Part shown: positions 1 through 14,905 of the stretch, one piece after another | Numbering within the stretch: the first letter of the stretch is position 1 | Layout: the number at the start of each line of letters is the position of its first letter | Source of the DNA: Balanoglossus misakiensis | Taxonomy: Eukaryota > Animalia > Hemichordata | Reading direction: 5' to 3' | Length of the DNA stretch: 64,000 nucleotides | Assembly: GCA_040954595.2 (NCBI GenBank) | Contig: CM082589.2 | Coordinates: forward strand, 648,988-712,987 | Notes under the pieces: generated by a model | Seen by the model: only the letters and a program-made list of their open reading frames with translations | Database searches by the model: none | What the model was told of the DNA's origin: nothing | Translations under genes and position numbers: made by a program

Positions 1-3000
1 AGTCCTCAACTATATTGTTAAGAGGAATCTCGAGTTCGTGTAATAATTGTCTATTTAGGTGACATATCTCCATTAAAAGGTACTCAATTAATAAATTTAA
101 TGATTTTGGCCCCTTTAGTGTTGACCCCCTCTTTCACCTACAGATAAAAGTTGTGGGGTCAAAGGTCAAGCACTTGCAATCCAGAGATAACATACCGACG
201 CGGTGGATTCGTAGAAACTATTGCGAAAGATTTCCGGATGTAACAAAATATTAAGTTCCGGGAGGGGTGTGTTCACGACCGCCAGTTGTTTTTCATGACT
301 GACATACATATCGAGTATCTGAAAATTTGAAGGGCACTCCAAGAAAAAAAGTTTCAAACGAGTGAAACAAGAAACAAATCTACTGCTGGAAACGTAACCA
401 GGCAACGTGGAATATTTCTTGTGGCAATTTAATGGTGGAGAAATTGCTCTTAAGCGTTTTTATGGGTATAGGGGAAGGAGCAGTTTGGGAATCGTGAAAA
501 GATGGAATACAGACCGCGGGAGGGCAGGGAAATATTGGGGAAAAGAAAAACACACGAAAGGTGGATGAACCTTAGGGTAACGCCACTGAGAGGCAAGGGG
601 AGACCAATTATCAAAAAATGAAAGAGAAATTAAATAGTGACTTGTAAGTAGGACCATAAATATCGCCGCTCATGCGGAAAGCCTGTTTTGTTTGGTTTTG
701 AGAAGTTGACGTCACTCTCTCGTCGACCAAGAGACTGATATCCGGGTCGAATTCTACATTTTGTCCCGAAAACACGATTTCAGATTAATAAACATGGAAT
801 GCAAAACATGATATTGGAAATATGTCAAATAACTCCACACAATCGTCATAATATTAAATTTAAGTCTGGCTCGATAGGCGGTCGGTTGCTCTGCCGGGCT
901 GGCGTGTGACCTACCAGCCGGTGGTAGAAAGTTCCTCGGGCAGACAATATGACAGATTTCCTCGGCGATCAGTCATTGTACGCACTCGTCTTACGCTCCC
1001 GAAGGATCTAATTACTTGCTACCGATTGTGAATGTGCCGTAATTCAACAACCAAGTGGGTCCTCATCCGGGCACTTGAACCGACAATTGATGGCGATCAA
1101 GCACCGTTGCAGGCAGGCGAAGGTCACTACACTGAAATTAAGAGGTCGATTTACAAGTCTCCGTTCTTCACGGATTCCTTTGCAATCTAATGATGAAGTT
1201 CGCCCCATGATAGTGGCAACCGCCGAAAGATAAACACGTCTGCTGTTTAGTTTCTCCTATGGTCACACTACTTTCTGTTTGCTTTTAGTTTTCTGTCCAA
1301 ATATAAGAATAATATTAGGAAGGTTTTATGCCGGACACAGCTACACGTACAATTAGCCTATGTTCAAGATAAAGTGACCCTAGATTCAACTTTCAACAGT
1401 TGGTAATTTGCCAAGATTTTTACTGCAAACTTTGACACTTAAAATATTTATTAACCCGAAGTTATAACTCGAGTTCCGTAATGCCAATTATTGGCCTGGC
1501 AGTGCAATGGACGCGGCGACATTTCAATTCCTTGTTGAAGTGAAATGGGGGCGAATTTCAAAAATGTAAAGTTCAGGGTTGCTTTCACCAAAGAAAAAAC
1601 CGCAGCGTGAGTTCAAGGACTTGTTATCAAAGAGATAGGAACCAGAAGTCAGATTAGCGACCTCACGTGCGGGTCAATTGTCCAGTCGCTGAACACACCT
1701 CCAAAGCGTGCAAGGTACAGAAGGGAAGGAACCACGCCGTATCTGGACAATTTATCAATTGCTGATGAAATTGATAAGAAAACTGGCATTATAAATTAGC
1801 ATTTTTGACACTTTTTGAGTAAGCTTTAACAGCAAACACTTCTCGATAGTAAACTTTGCCTATTTAAACACAGCGACGCATATACATCATACAACTTACA
1901 AGTAGGCGTAAACGTAAACGAAACTGCATCCGTACAGTGAGAGAGAGGTACAGCACTGTCATGATACGATGGCTGTTGGTAAAAGGATAGAGGCACGCCC
2001 CCGGGATTCACGCATTCCAGGCAAAATTGCATGAATGCTTTATTGGTTTCAAAGCAAAGACAAACTATTGCGCAAAGTTTATTGCCAGTAAATCTCCAAA
2101 ACGTATTGCTCTGTTACACGTTCACGGTTTGTGGTACTCTGAACCTCTTGGATTACATGAGCATGCGCGGTCAGTGACCGAGTGATCAGACCCACTCCAG
2201 AAGATTCGACAACTTCACAGTGCTACCATATATCAATCTGTGACGCTGGTGTTTAATTACACATTTAGAGTCGGTGCCATCTTTGAAAAAAGTATGCAAC
2301 ATTTCCACTGACCTTGAAGTCGCCCTAATGGAAAGTGCTGACGACCAACAATCGGCAGACATTCAGACGAAAACAAACTTGGTGATTTATGCAAATAAAT
2401 GACCGATACGCCTGAATTCCGAAGAAAAGTTTCGGCGGCAACATACAGAATAGGGTTACCAGCTTAATTATGGTGGTGAAAGACGCTAAGCTATCCAATA
2501 TGACCTTCAAGTTATCCAAGGTCAGAACCGAACAGAAATAAGAACAGATTCCAAAAGATCTTTGGTATTATTTGTACATTTATGACGAGTTTGGTGAGTT
2601 GTAACAGCAAAATACATAGCGTTCTACATGAACGACAAATTTTGCCTTTTTGAACTTTCAAGCTAATAGGTCTATAGACGCCTTACATCGCATGCCTTCA
2701 CGATCACAGGATGGGTTACTCTCTTGACTTTCGACATGTTGTAAATTTATCACCACAATTTATCTTTCAGTTCCCCAATGTTTTTTTTTCTTCCCATTTT
2801 AGATCCAAAACTATGGCAATATATTTGGTAGCAAAGAGACAAACTGACTAACCAATAGTTTGGGGCGCCAAAATTCAAACATTTTTGGGGACTGGGAGTG
2901 CCGTGCACTGTCAACGACAACCCTATTTATACTCAATCAAGCAACAAACTCAGGAACGTCAATGAATGCAGAGGCAAGCCACTCTCGCGTCAGATAACAA

Positions 3001-3359
3001 AGCCAACGAAAGTAATTTAGCAACTTAATCAAAAGAGCTGAATAAGACTCAATGGTTGTGTCTTTTCAATTAGCACAGGCTACTCTTAATACTTCCGTTT
3101 TCGGACAAAAGGGAAGCACTCTTGAAATCAGTGACCGTTTCGAGGACAGTCTAGACAGACGTTCTCCTTTTTGGCCCAGAGGATCTTTTCACTTCAACTC
3201 AAACTGAACTTGTATCTATAGTTGCACATTGAAGCTGTCTGACAAAGATGGATTCAAACTATAGTCGACAAAGGATGTCTGTATGAACAAGTGGAGTCAG
3301 TATTTTTCACTTCTAATCGCCCGTGAAAAGTGATAGAACGGAAAGACAGCATACATACT

Positions 3360-3362
<3 letters not shown>

Positions 3363-3418
<56 letters not shown>

Positions 3419-3450
3419 CAACAAACAAACAGACAGACAGACAGACAGAC
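3363..3450. repeat. (GA)n microsatellite followed by (CAAA)/(CAGA)n
   Basis: Directly visible. Confidence 0.95.
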
Positions 3451-6168
3451 GCACACGGTCACCACAAACATGTACAATACGTGAGCACACATAACGGACC
3501 GGCGAATGAAGTATACCATAAAATATTTGAAGAGATCTCCACTTGTCCCTGTCAATTTATTAGAAATACTATATGAACGCGGTTAATGCAATAAGCTAAA
3601 CCCCCTGGAGCTCACAATCTACCCACAAGTCCTAGCGGATCTGAGATCGGTGACAAGAACGCGTAGAATTTGAATCGGAGACCAACAGATGTCCAGACCA
3701 TGGGAAAAAAGTACTTCTTGGCCAACAGTACATGACGTATAGCACTAAACTTATATAGACCCATTGGACAGGTCATAGATACGTTAATTGACCAATAAAG
3801 AAAACAAATACGTCGCCAGTCTGTTATTTGTGGTTTGAAACACAGCCAATGCAATTTTCATTAGGTGAAAATAATCACCGTATTTTTGAAATGTGTTTGA
3901 ACGATTCTGATTGGACGGTATCAATGCATTTAACTTTTTAAAATCGCTTAATTCACACCCGTCTATGTGACAATACACAGTCATGGGTGAATGCTCAGCC
4001 CAAGGAGTCAGAATACCTTCAAAGTTTTTAACTAAAAGCGTGAAAAGTTTCAAGTTTATGTTGCGCTAACATTACAAATTAATTACCCTTCTAAAAACGA
4101 AAAGTCTTTTGTTGCTACTGGCTTTCAAATGAAATGAACCAGTTCGCCTTGGGTTTCCGGGCATTGAGAGGAACGGCTACACCGCGCTTTGGCCCAGTGT
4201 GGTCCGAAGTGACCACGTGATCTCTGTCCAATCACTGCGTTCTTTTCGGCTCCTTTCACACAGGTGTTCCGTTTACACTTTCAATCGATCTTCTGACATT
4301 TTTGTCAGGAAACTCTGCATATTAACAGGGCCCAGTAAAACTGGATACCTCTGGAATGTGTCGGGTACCACACACCAGGACACAAGGCGGTGAATGGGAA
4401 AATCTAAACCGCCAGCGTCGTGACAGGGATCCCTACGCGGCTTTTCAGTCTGCAATGATGAAGAACCAGTTCGTTTGAAACTACTGGTTACGTTGTACAG
4501 ACCATTTTAGTTTTAAAATTGTAAAAACGTTATGCAGGGGAATTGCTATTGCTGAAAATTGAAAAAGTTAAAAGTTACTGAGGCTTTAAAACTGAAAACG
4601 CGTACGTGACAGGAACCAGCCATGACAAAACATTTTTCGGGAATTAGCGAGACAAAAGGAGGAAGGAATTCAAATTGCTTGCCCACACATGAAGGTAGCA
4701 TCTTTACTGCATCTGCTCAGCTCAGCTAATCCGTCGTGTCGTTTACAGTTTACGTCACGGGTGGACAAAGAAGTCACAAATGTGGCGTGACATTGTGGTC
4801 ATTAAACTATGTCGCCCGAAAGTGGACAGAACGAAGCGGGATTTACCGGCATTTCCACTGGGAACTTGAGAGAAAAGTTCGGGAGACCTAACACTTGTCC
4901 CCCCACTCTCTTAACCACATTTCTCCCCTCCCCTCTCATCTCTCTTTCCTCTTCCCTGTTTTATACTCTCTCCCAATATTTACATTGAACCAGCGGTTAT
5001 GTATCTTATCATGTTTTCTCAGTCTTTCTTGTCCTTCATCACTTCCACACAAATTCAAATCTCTGTCCCGACTGTCTTCCAGAATGTCCGGGAAGACACT
5101 GATATCCTGAATGCGCAAAAGGGAAATACTTCCACCAGGACATACTCATTAATAGACGGCGGCAAATCAACATTAGAACAGCGAACCCGAGAAGAGGACA
5201 GACCCCTGGGATTAATGAAACAGGATAAAACGAAGGCTTTTGTCTCAAACGGGACAATGTCGGCTTGCTTTTTACTGACCTATTGTCTAAAATTTTATTA
5301 CCGGCTGTGGTCAGCCAATTGTTCAACTAAAGATTCTCTGTTTTACTAATTAAATTAGTAGTATATAACGGCTTCAGTAACTCAAAGGGGTGTTTTATTA
5401 GTAAAAACCACAGTAAAAGGTATTGAGCTTGCCAGGGAATTCATTGACTTGTAGTCCTGACATTGTATAGACAGCAATTCCTGCCAATATCATTCCGTTG
5501 AAAATTTATTGACTCGACAGTCTCTGCGTCAGAATTCAATCGTAAAACAAGTTCGCGTTCCCCGAATTTGATTGCATTGAAGTAAGTTTATTGTTCGAAG
5601 TTTGCGTTTTGTTACTGTGGCTTTAAATCTCTATGTTTTATGTTCGTACATCCACAATTTATCATGATTCCATTTTCCATACAAGCACACCGCAACTCAA
5701 ACCTTTTTTCTCTCTCCACGTAAAATTGTGCCACGTGATCAGTACATTCCAACAACCCATGCATTTACAATCCCATTGCCTTGTGGCAGACATATGGACA
5801 AATCTGACTTTGTATGAATGTGTTCATTCTAATAATCGCACCATTCGGCCATCTCCGCAATGTGATATTCAAACTAAAACCAAAACCACTCATTCGCATT
5901 ATGTTTGATGTATCATGAACCACAAACGCCCTTTCCCACCAACAATCACCGCGAAAGTGCACTCAACTGTAAAGAAACGATTCAATCGTTATTGCTCCAT
6001 TAATATCGTGAAGTGGAGTGTCACCCATCGCTTTCAACACGATATCACATAGTTATTTAGCGATTTTTCTCAGAAACCGACAAGATTCATTCATTTATGT
6101 CATGAATATGATTATGAATTGCGTGACGATAAAAAAGCCGATGTCACGGTGAACTTCAACGTTCGTTG

Positions 6169-6236
6169 AGTGTGTATGGATGGATGTGTCTGTCTTTGTG
6201 TGTGTGTGAGTGTGTGTGTGTTTGTGTGTGTGTGTG
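6169..6236. repeat. Imperfect (TG)n microsatellite
   Basis: Directly visible. Confidence 0.9.
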
Positions 6237-8493
6237 CAAAAGTATTAGTCTCACTGGTTTACCACAGACATATGTTCATCTTTGCTCAGAATCTGCTTAA
6301 AACGAGTCCCGCATATGGCAACTGAACCACAATAGAATGAGGTCATCATTTGCATATGGTGACGTGTCTCTCATAGGATGAGTTTTGATGCCATTGATAC
6401 ATATACGTGTAGCTCATGTCGTGACTTCTCAAAATAGTCAACGTTTTTTTTTTTTTGCGAATGAGTCGGGTTGGTTTTTAACCTAATGGATCTAGTTTAG
6501 TCTGTGTATATATGCGTTGTGGGTTGAGTACTAACCCACCTATGAAAACGAACAAAGAGTTGGCGAAATAAAAATTGACCTCATCATTAAATTTAGTACA
6601 TGCGGTTTTATTTCGTGAATTCCACAACTTTCCACCATATTTTACAGTCGTATACGAATGTGCGATATTGATTGGCGGTGACCTAATTCGAGTAGCCATT
6701 CCTTCGCGTATGACTCTCTAACAAAAATATACATTTGAACAAATTTAGTAATCGCGAGGTTTAAAACAATTACCATTTGTAATCTTAAAGAGTCACTTTA
6801 GCCAAATATACCAATCAAGGGATATTTAATGTTTGGGGGAGCTCGTCTGAAACTCAAACTTCGTGACCCCTATTCTAAAAATTATTTAGCGTGTCGCCGG
6901 GAATATTACCAGGTCATATTTAGTTCATCTACCTGTTTAAACAAATGGGAGCATCTAAATTTAGCACAAAAACCACAACTGCGATCGGGGCCATTGTGTG
7001 TCGACCTATTACTGACTTTTAAAGTGAATAGAAACCATGCAAAAAATCGTGACGTACTCCGAGTGTTAGCTTTTTTCACAAGCCCTTTTTAATTCAACAA
7101 ATAAAACATCGTGAAGTAAGTTCTGAAGCGTATTTATAGCTGGTATTATTGTATCCTAAGTGTTGTTATTTATATTAAATGTATGTTAAATTTCGTCCAC
7201 GTCACACAATCTAGGATAAAAGGGTAACTCGTGAATAGAAAGCAATTGAAATTAATTACGGCACTGTTTAGAAATGAGACGATTGTTAGAACTATTTTTT
7301 AAAACTTTGTTCTAACTTTAGGGGATAAAACACACAAGAAATAAAGTTGGTTTATGCACATTTGAGGAGATATGCTCAGCTGTTTGCCATAATATCATAA
7401 ATCATCATCAGAAGATTTTCACAAACGTCAGGATTGGAAGTATGGAATTAATCAAATTGTTGTGAGTATGATAGTTAAATTGATACTGTTATGAATGACT
7501 GGCACATTGCAGCGCAGATGACGACATGGCCTTTATTCTTCGCTCAGTTGGACACCAAAAATAGCCATTTCAAGATTATCAATTCATACAGGCGACAGAT
7601 GTTTGTATAACTGTAACGTAACGGATTATCCTATCCTCGTTGTGGTTTGAACGCTTTATTAAGACTCAGAAAAGCGATATTTATTTGAGAATCGCCTAAA
7701 TTGCGAAAACACATTGAGAGAATTATTTAAAACCGTTGTTATTAAAGACTATTGCACAGAATTTGCCTTGGGTTTCTAGCCTATTAGAGACGACATAGGG
7801 ATTAAGGTCTGGTCTTTGCCTGTGTTGTCATGGCAACAATGCGCTTAGTATTTTTCAAGCTGCTCAATCATAAACTGCGATCATCCAACATTATTTTCAT
7901 GATGATTTACCTTTTTGTACATTATTCGGTTTAAAAATAGTTTTATTGTGTATTGTATCATTCACAACGGCGCTTATTAAATGATCAATTTGATGAAGAG
8001 TAAAAATAAACTACGTTTGGTCTTGTATTACTACACATACATCAAGTATTATTTAAAATGATGCCTAGTTTAAACTAAATTTGAGTAAAAAAATATGGGT
8101 GGATGGTGTGGTGTGGTGGGGTGTGGTGTGATGTGATGTGCTCGAAGCAAACAGGTAAATAGGTAGAGGTCAAAATGCCCTTTAAAAAGAAATCTCGACA
8201 ATGGGACCTGACATCATTCCAAAGCTTATAATTCTATGAAATCATCAATCCCTCACCCAATGATTTGCAGCGTTTAGCCCACAGGTTTGTTCCATCAGTG
8301 TTACTATGCATAAAGGTTGAGAAAAACCGTGCGTGTTTGACCTTGGAAAAGAGATTTTATTGCAAAGGGATTGATAGTAGTATTTCCTGGAATTCGCTTC
8401 AGTAATTGAGGTTTATAGGCTAGTTGTGCTTACGGTTACTAATTCTTCGTGCAGAGCAATTTTATAGTGTGATTAGAATTGGACCTGATCGCA

Positions 8494-8647
8494 CGAGAGA
8501 GAAGAGAAGAGAGAAGGGGGAAGAGAGAGAGAGAGACGAGGAGAGAGGAGAGAGAGAGAGAGAGTGTGCGAGAGACAGAGAGAGAGAGAGACAGAGAGAC
8601 AGAGAGACAGAGGGGGAGGGAGGGAGGGAAGGAGGGAGAGAAGGGAG
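8494..8647. repeat. Polypurine (GA/GAGACA/GGGA) tract
   Basis: Directly visible; source of spurious RE/SL-repeat ORFs. Confidence 0.92.
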
Positions 8648-10512
8648 TTGTATTCTCGTGTCATTGTTAAGTTGAACGAAAATTGTCTTTCGAAGGAAAC
8701 GTCCTTGCAAGTTGCAGACATGGACAAACATTGTCCATTGGACAACAGACACCAAAATTCCTCCAGAAATATACACAAATCAACACGAATTCACACTTAT
8801 GCGAAGACGTGACCTAGAGTATGAGGGGGGGGGGGGCAATTGATGGCAGAGATTTGCGTGTTTTCACACACATCAGACACTTTAATTAAATTCGGCTGAC
8901 CTATACAAAAGTGATTATCTCTGAGGTTATGCATAGAAAACTCAACACTAAAGACCATCTCAGACACGTTCATCGCCCAAACACTATTAAGTAGAAACAA
9001 ACCGAATTACGACGGCAGATTAAACTTCAACTCTGATTAACGATCCGAAAGGATACAATTTAGTAAGAATACATTTTCCCTTTATCAGCCAATTTGCATA
9101 TTTTCTCGGTTTAGTAACATCTACCATAAATTTCAGGCATTTTACCGCAGATGCACACGTTTTAAACTGGACACTTGTATGTTAGTGAAAATGTCTGGGA
9201 ATTGCGAGAACTTGGATGATTAAAGTCAAAAGATCAATGCACAGACAATGGTGCAGACAACAATTTTTACTTTCAGCTTGCTGCCTACATGTCCTGGGCA
9301 TATCAGCCAATCATATTCCAGTATTCAAGGATTACAGCGCATCCTTGAAATGTGTAGCAATATATCCGTCACAATATTTACTGGGGCTAAATAAATAGCT
9401 TGTCCTTAAGAGGCTTTTGTTTATCTGGTGTTTTGACTGTTCCTTTATGGGTATATTTACAGTCCTTGGGTACTATCGCCGCATTTCTAGGAATCGGCAC
9501 AAACAGGAAGGTTTAGCGATGTAGTTCGGCGACAGCGATACAAATCCGCCTACTTTTTTCGCGTCTACGTCTTGGCTCTGTGCCCAAGTCTATTTCTAAG
9601 CACCTGGATCGCAGTTCCTACTGTGACGACTCAAGGTGACAGGCACCTGGGCAGTTCCCATGGCAACTTTAAGGCCTGGATCGGGGGCGTTGGTGATGAA
9701 GGAACAACGTTTTTTTTAGAGTTTTCCTCTTACGTTTCAAGTAAATCTATATTTGTTGCCAGTCAATTTCTAAGCCTATTACTGTTTTCACAAGAAGAAA
9801 GAATATGTACTACGCAAATTAACCACTTCCTCGCACCATTCATTCATATTACGTCGGCAATATTTCGACGGCTGTGATGAGTCCCTCTTGTGGGTAACTA
9901 TCGGCCATGAAGTGAGATTAAACTTGGGTTGGTTAATTTAGAGAGATTAAAATAATGGAAGAGACTACAAACTTGTAAGATATGAGATAGTATAAATTGA
10001 AGTAGCTCAGAATTGTCAAGACGTGATACGCAAAAAGACGGTAGTCAGAGAAGGTCACGTGGTTACGTAACAACCCCCTTTCATATGTATCTACTCTTCA
10101 CTTACGGAAATCACGCCTCATAGAGATAACCACAAAACTAACGCCATCATTGAAGTGGAAAATCGTGCAGTGCTGCGTATGATTTTAGTCTAATGAATGA
10201 TTTAATTTGATAAAGATTACAATGTATACATCAACACAGAAGAGGGTTTTTGCCTCGAATAATCATTGTCTAGGTCAAATTGAAAAGGGATTTCAGAAGA
10301 CAATTGTATATTTCCACTCACAAGGTTACAACTAGTCCGAAATATGTCTTGACTTGCACGGATTTTCAAGGAGACAGGCATTTTTCTCTAGCGCAACGTT
10401 CGAGACGGTTTATGCAATCATATTTGCGGGCAGTTGCCGACAGGCCGTTGACACTACGATGTCCCAAGGTCGTGGTGTCAGAATGGCAGCAAAAATCTTC
10501 ATCACAGATCAG

Positions 10513-10568
10513 TCTCTTTCTTCCCCTCTCTCTCTCTCTCCCTCCCCCCCTTCCCCTCTCCCTCCCTC
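10513..10568. repeat. Polypyrimidine (CT/C) tract
   Basis: Directly visible. Confidence 0.85.
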
Positions 10569-13500
10569 GGCCTAATAACGCTTTTAATTTTGCTCAAAAC
10601 CATATTGCCTTTTGTGGTATTTTCTGTGCATTCAGTAATTTCCTTACACAGGCAGAGTAAAATATTTTGCGTCGACATTGTGATATTTATGCTCTGTCTC
10701 ACTACAATCAGGATATTATATCTCATTACATATGGATACAGAGGTCAAAAGAGGGTTGTTAGGCAAATACAAAATTACATAAAAATGAAAAATGGGATTT
10801 ATTGCTTTTTGTTGCCAATGGCAGAGAGATAAACGGCGATAAGTATGCTGAAATTATTATGCGTGAAATATGAAATTTGCAAATAGTTCAGCCTTTGGGT
10901 GCCGAGATCAATTGTCTGAGTGAGTGACATCTCGATCGTGACCGTCATATCTCATTCAATTTGAGCGAGACATGTTTTGTAATGAATTACTTCTTAAATG
11001 ACGGTTCCTTTCTATCTGTCTTGATTAGATTGTGTTATTTCTTTTCCCGGTGTTTTATCTTTATTCCCAATGGGTGGGTGCGTGAATATAGGCATTCTGA
11101 AGAAGAAATTTGGGGATGAAAATTGAATGAGAGATGGGGGTTGACGGCAAAGTTGACCAGCGACAACAAGAGAAGTGGGTCATTAAACCCGAATGAACCT
11201 ACTCCGCCAGAGAGGGCAAAAGATGCGTACGGCGTTATTACATACGCGTTGACATGACAACGCGAAATTTTGTTCGGAGGATGCAGAAATGCGCGTACGC
11301 GTGCGAAGTCTAGCACTAACGATGCATTTCATTCAAAGCATGAACAGCAGGAGAATCTAAAACGTGTTAATGAGAGCCATTAAAATGAGTGTTGTGATTC
11401 GGAAACTTGGCCATGTTGTCTGATGTTGCAAGGACATTTTAGACATAATCCATATCTTGTAAAACGTTGATCGAGTAAACAAGAAGACACTGCCAAGAAA
11501 TATCCCACTTGGGCCATGTCATTCTCCCAATTCATCACTGAAATCAAACTGTACTGAACAGTGGCTCCAGCCAATGCCGTGCTGTCATAGCAACCAAAAT
11601 GCTCCATTGAAAAGAACGTAAACCTACTTCTGAATCGACCAACAACATATCAAACGCAGGAATCATCTCCAAATGTGAGATACATCTTCAGACAGATATC
11701 ACCATCCCGATTTCGATTGCATGTCAAAGGCCCCGATCAAAATGCAAATATTTGAACATTATTCGTAAGTTCCGGAAACGTTCATGAATTGGCCAGACAG
11801 TTAATCACGCCAAGGACACTCGCCTTGTCTTTTTTTCGTCCTCATTAGCATTTACCCAATACCATGACTGCCGTCACCTTTGTGTATAGCTTGCTGGGGG
11901 CTTAGCCCTAATGGAGTTCTAACGGGAATCAATTGATTATCGGCTGCAATCCAGGGAAGAGATAAAATCAATTAAACAATGACCGCGCGCTATCCTGCAA
12001 CGGCTCCGATGAATTTCTAAGTGGGTTGATAACAGTCGCTGTTGTGCGCTCGTCGCGTCCAGTCAAAAGTCAACCTTGAGCCAAACAAGGGAGGGGACAT
12101 AATAAAAGGCACAATTATTTAAAGGCTTAAATTTCTCGGTTTCAATTGGCAAAGAAAAGACAATTAGGCCCGAAGAAATAAAAGGCAGGATGCGTCACAT
12201 ACAATCCAGCAGCCCCTCCGCGTTTCAATCAAACATATAAAGAGCGTTTGTAAGTTTACGTAATCTGCTTTTGATTAGGGTTACACTCTCCTGGATAATT
12301 CTCCCAGTTGACGCAAAAACTGTTGCTTTTTGAGACCGGCCTTGGGTCACACGCCCGCAGTTTCTATCTCTTTTGATGTCATTGTTATATCTACCGTTGG
12401 CCAATCCGTTACCATGGGTTGCTAACGCTGTCTTCTCCTATATAGCGTTCTCTGAAACGCTACTGCAAAAGAACTAAGGCAAGATTATCATTTCTTTTTG
12501 CTTGTTTTGGCGGCCAACAACTCTTTTCTAGGAAATCCCTGATAAGGCTAGCCACGAATATAGGAATGCGCACCCACAAATAGTTTAACAGGTGCGCAAA
12601 CAGATCAAATCTCGAGTCTGCGATGGAATGGAATGGAATCAAAATGCGTGAAATGGCAACTATGTCTGGAAAGGAAAGACTTTCAACAGAAAGTTACTTA
12701 CTTATATAAATAAAGTTGGTGCGAAATTTTGTAAGTAAGACATTTTATACTGAAAGATTTGACATATTGCCTTTACAAGACGATTGTTTCAGAGTAACCT
12801 AGTCACTACTATTTAATAACCAAGGTAAAGAATTCTAGCGGAAGCATCGCAAACTTGCAGTGAGATGAATTTGTACAGATGACCAGACATTCTTTCCCAG
12901 CATGCAATGCTGCTACTTCATTAGAATATAAAATGCCACCAGGAAAGTAAGTGCGTTGGGATGGCTGATAAGTTGGTTGGATGAAGGAATTTAGAAAGTT
13001 TTTTTTTCGGATGTTAAGTTTTATTTCTGTTCTAGTTTATTAGCTTGGAATACGATAGGGTGTGGAAAATGGACCTGGGAAGCGGTGAGGATCTGAAGGT
13101 CATTCCAGACTGGGAAAGACTGGGAAGAGATAGCTATAAAACAGGAATCTCTTGAAACCGTGCCAGACGTGTTTGTGTCTGCTTGTTGGGAACAACGATT
13201 GAAATCCTTAATGGCACAGCAGGACAGTGTCTTAATTACGTTTAGGGAGCTGTCGTCCTTCACGGCTTAATGAACAGGGTGAAAAACTCCAGTGGTGAAT
13301 ATACAGCATTCCTTTGGGGTCGCTTGTCTGAATGTGAGCTATAGAATCTCAGGAGACGCGAGTTATACAATCCCACTTCAACTGGACAGCCTCTTCCCAC
13401 CCACTGAACACATTCCCCTCGTCTCGGAGTTTGACTCTCTCGCAATTAAAAGTTATGTCACTTCGGCGTTGCTTGGGCATTCGTCTCGGCTGGTGGTGTT

Positions 13501-14684
13501 ACACCAAGGCCGTGGAAAGTCTATACTGCCTCTCGACAGACGTTCGTTTGTCGTAAATGTTTCTGAAAGTATTTCCACCACTGCCCCTTCTGGATAATTT
13601 TCGAAAGAGTTCAAAAGTGGGAGTCGTAATCTCCTAGTGCATATAATTTTATGCAGTCATTGGAAAACGTGATTAGGAAAGAAAGTACATTGATGTTTCA
13701 AGTTGCACTATTCCTGACCTCTAGCAGCTGTGACACAAGTGTGTCGTTTATCTAATTTTATTTTACTTTTTATTGGACATTTCAATGATCAACGATTCAG
13801 ATGGCTGAATCATAGCGTTATATGTTCATTCACAAACAATGGAATTAACTCAAAGCATATACTTAAGTGACTGCATTAGGGTAGGTGTTCTAGGTCTTTC
13901 TCGTCATATACTTTAGAATATGTCTCCTTTCAATATTTATCACCATTTCTCAACTTTATCGTCCTTCCGTGTGACTGTGATAAAATATTACTAAACTGTT
14001 GATACCACGGGGCTGTTGAATACAGGTTGGCACAAAATCTGTAAACACTGTCACTACTGGCATCTGAGTTATAAAATGATGTTTTACAACACAATTTATC
14101 CATATATTGGATTTGGACAGCAGCTACCAATTGATGAGACGTTTTCACTCAAATAAAGAAGAAAGCAAACAAAATCAGATATACTGATGTTTTTGCCATT
14201 TATAAGGTTTGTCGGAATTTGAGAAGTTAATGAGAGTCTGACAGCACAACCCCTTGTGTAAATGTGTTTGTGTTTTTTGATAACGTGGTTAGACAACTCA
14301 TGCAAACCGCCGGAAGACATGACAGCAAATTGACCGCGGTGATATTAAGTTCTCGCCTCTAACGTTATGTGCACTGTAAACGTATACATGTATAACGGAA
14401 GGTGGGATTATCTGGAATTGTGTGATTATCCAAATATCGTATGAATATAATTGTGCTCATTTCAACATAAATGAGGGGGACTTTAACGAATGTATTAAAC
14501 CATTTTTCATTTACGATTCTCTTCAGGCGTCAGAGTAGTATGACGTCATGGCTGATATTGCTATGACATCATTTGTGGTTTGTCATGAGTGATTACTTGC
14601 AGCAACATGAAGAGTGATCATTTCAAGGTTTTGAAATGGACACCCTATTGTACATGTTGCAATTTGATGTTGCTACATTACTTG

Positions 14685-14905
14685 TCAGTCCCCGGGTATG
14701 AAGTCCGGCGGACCGATGGATTGGGCTCCGTCTGTCCGTCTGTCCCTCACCCCATGTCTGGAACAATATGGCCACTGGGCGGCCATTTTGTTTTAAGCTT
14801 TCACCACGTGATCCAATATGGCCACCATTCAATCATTTGGAGTGAATTTGTCCTGCCTGCCTGTCTCAAGCATCTTTTGACTGATTTCATTCAAACTCAG
14901 TGCGA
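14685..14905 (+). mobile_element. Degenerate DINE/Helentron-associated-type interspersed element
   Basis: AGTCCCCGGG..GAAGTCCGGCGGAC..ATGGATTGGGCTCCGTCTGTCCGTCTGTCC head (short inverted repeat plus TCCG/TCTG microsatellite), followed by GGCGGCCATTTTG and GATTTCATTCAAACT. These are motifs I recall from such elements. Confidence 0.45.

Noticed and set aside
8424-8812. Overlapping ORFs rich in RE/SL repeats (also 3254-3490, 28892-29275, 46627-47008)
   Set aside because: Translations of GA/CT microsatellites; no splice or homology support.
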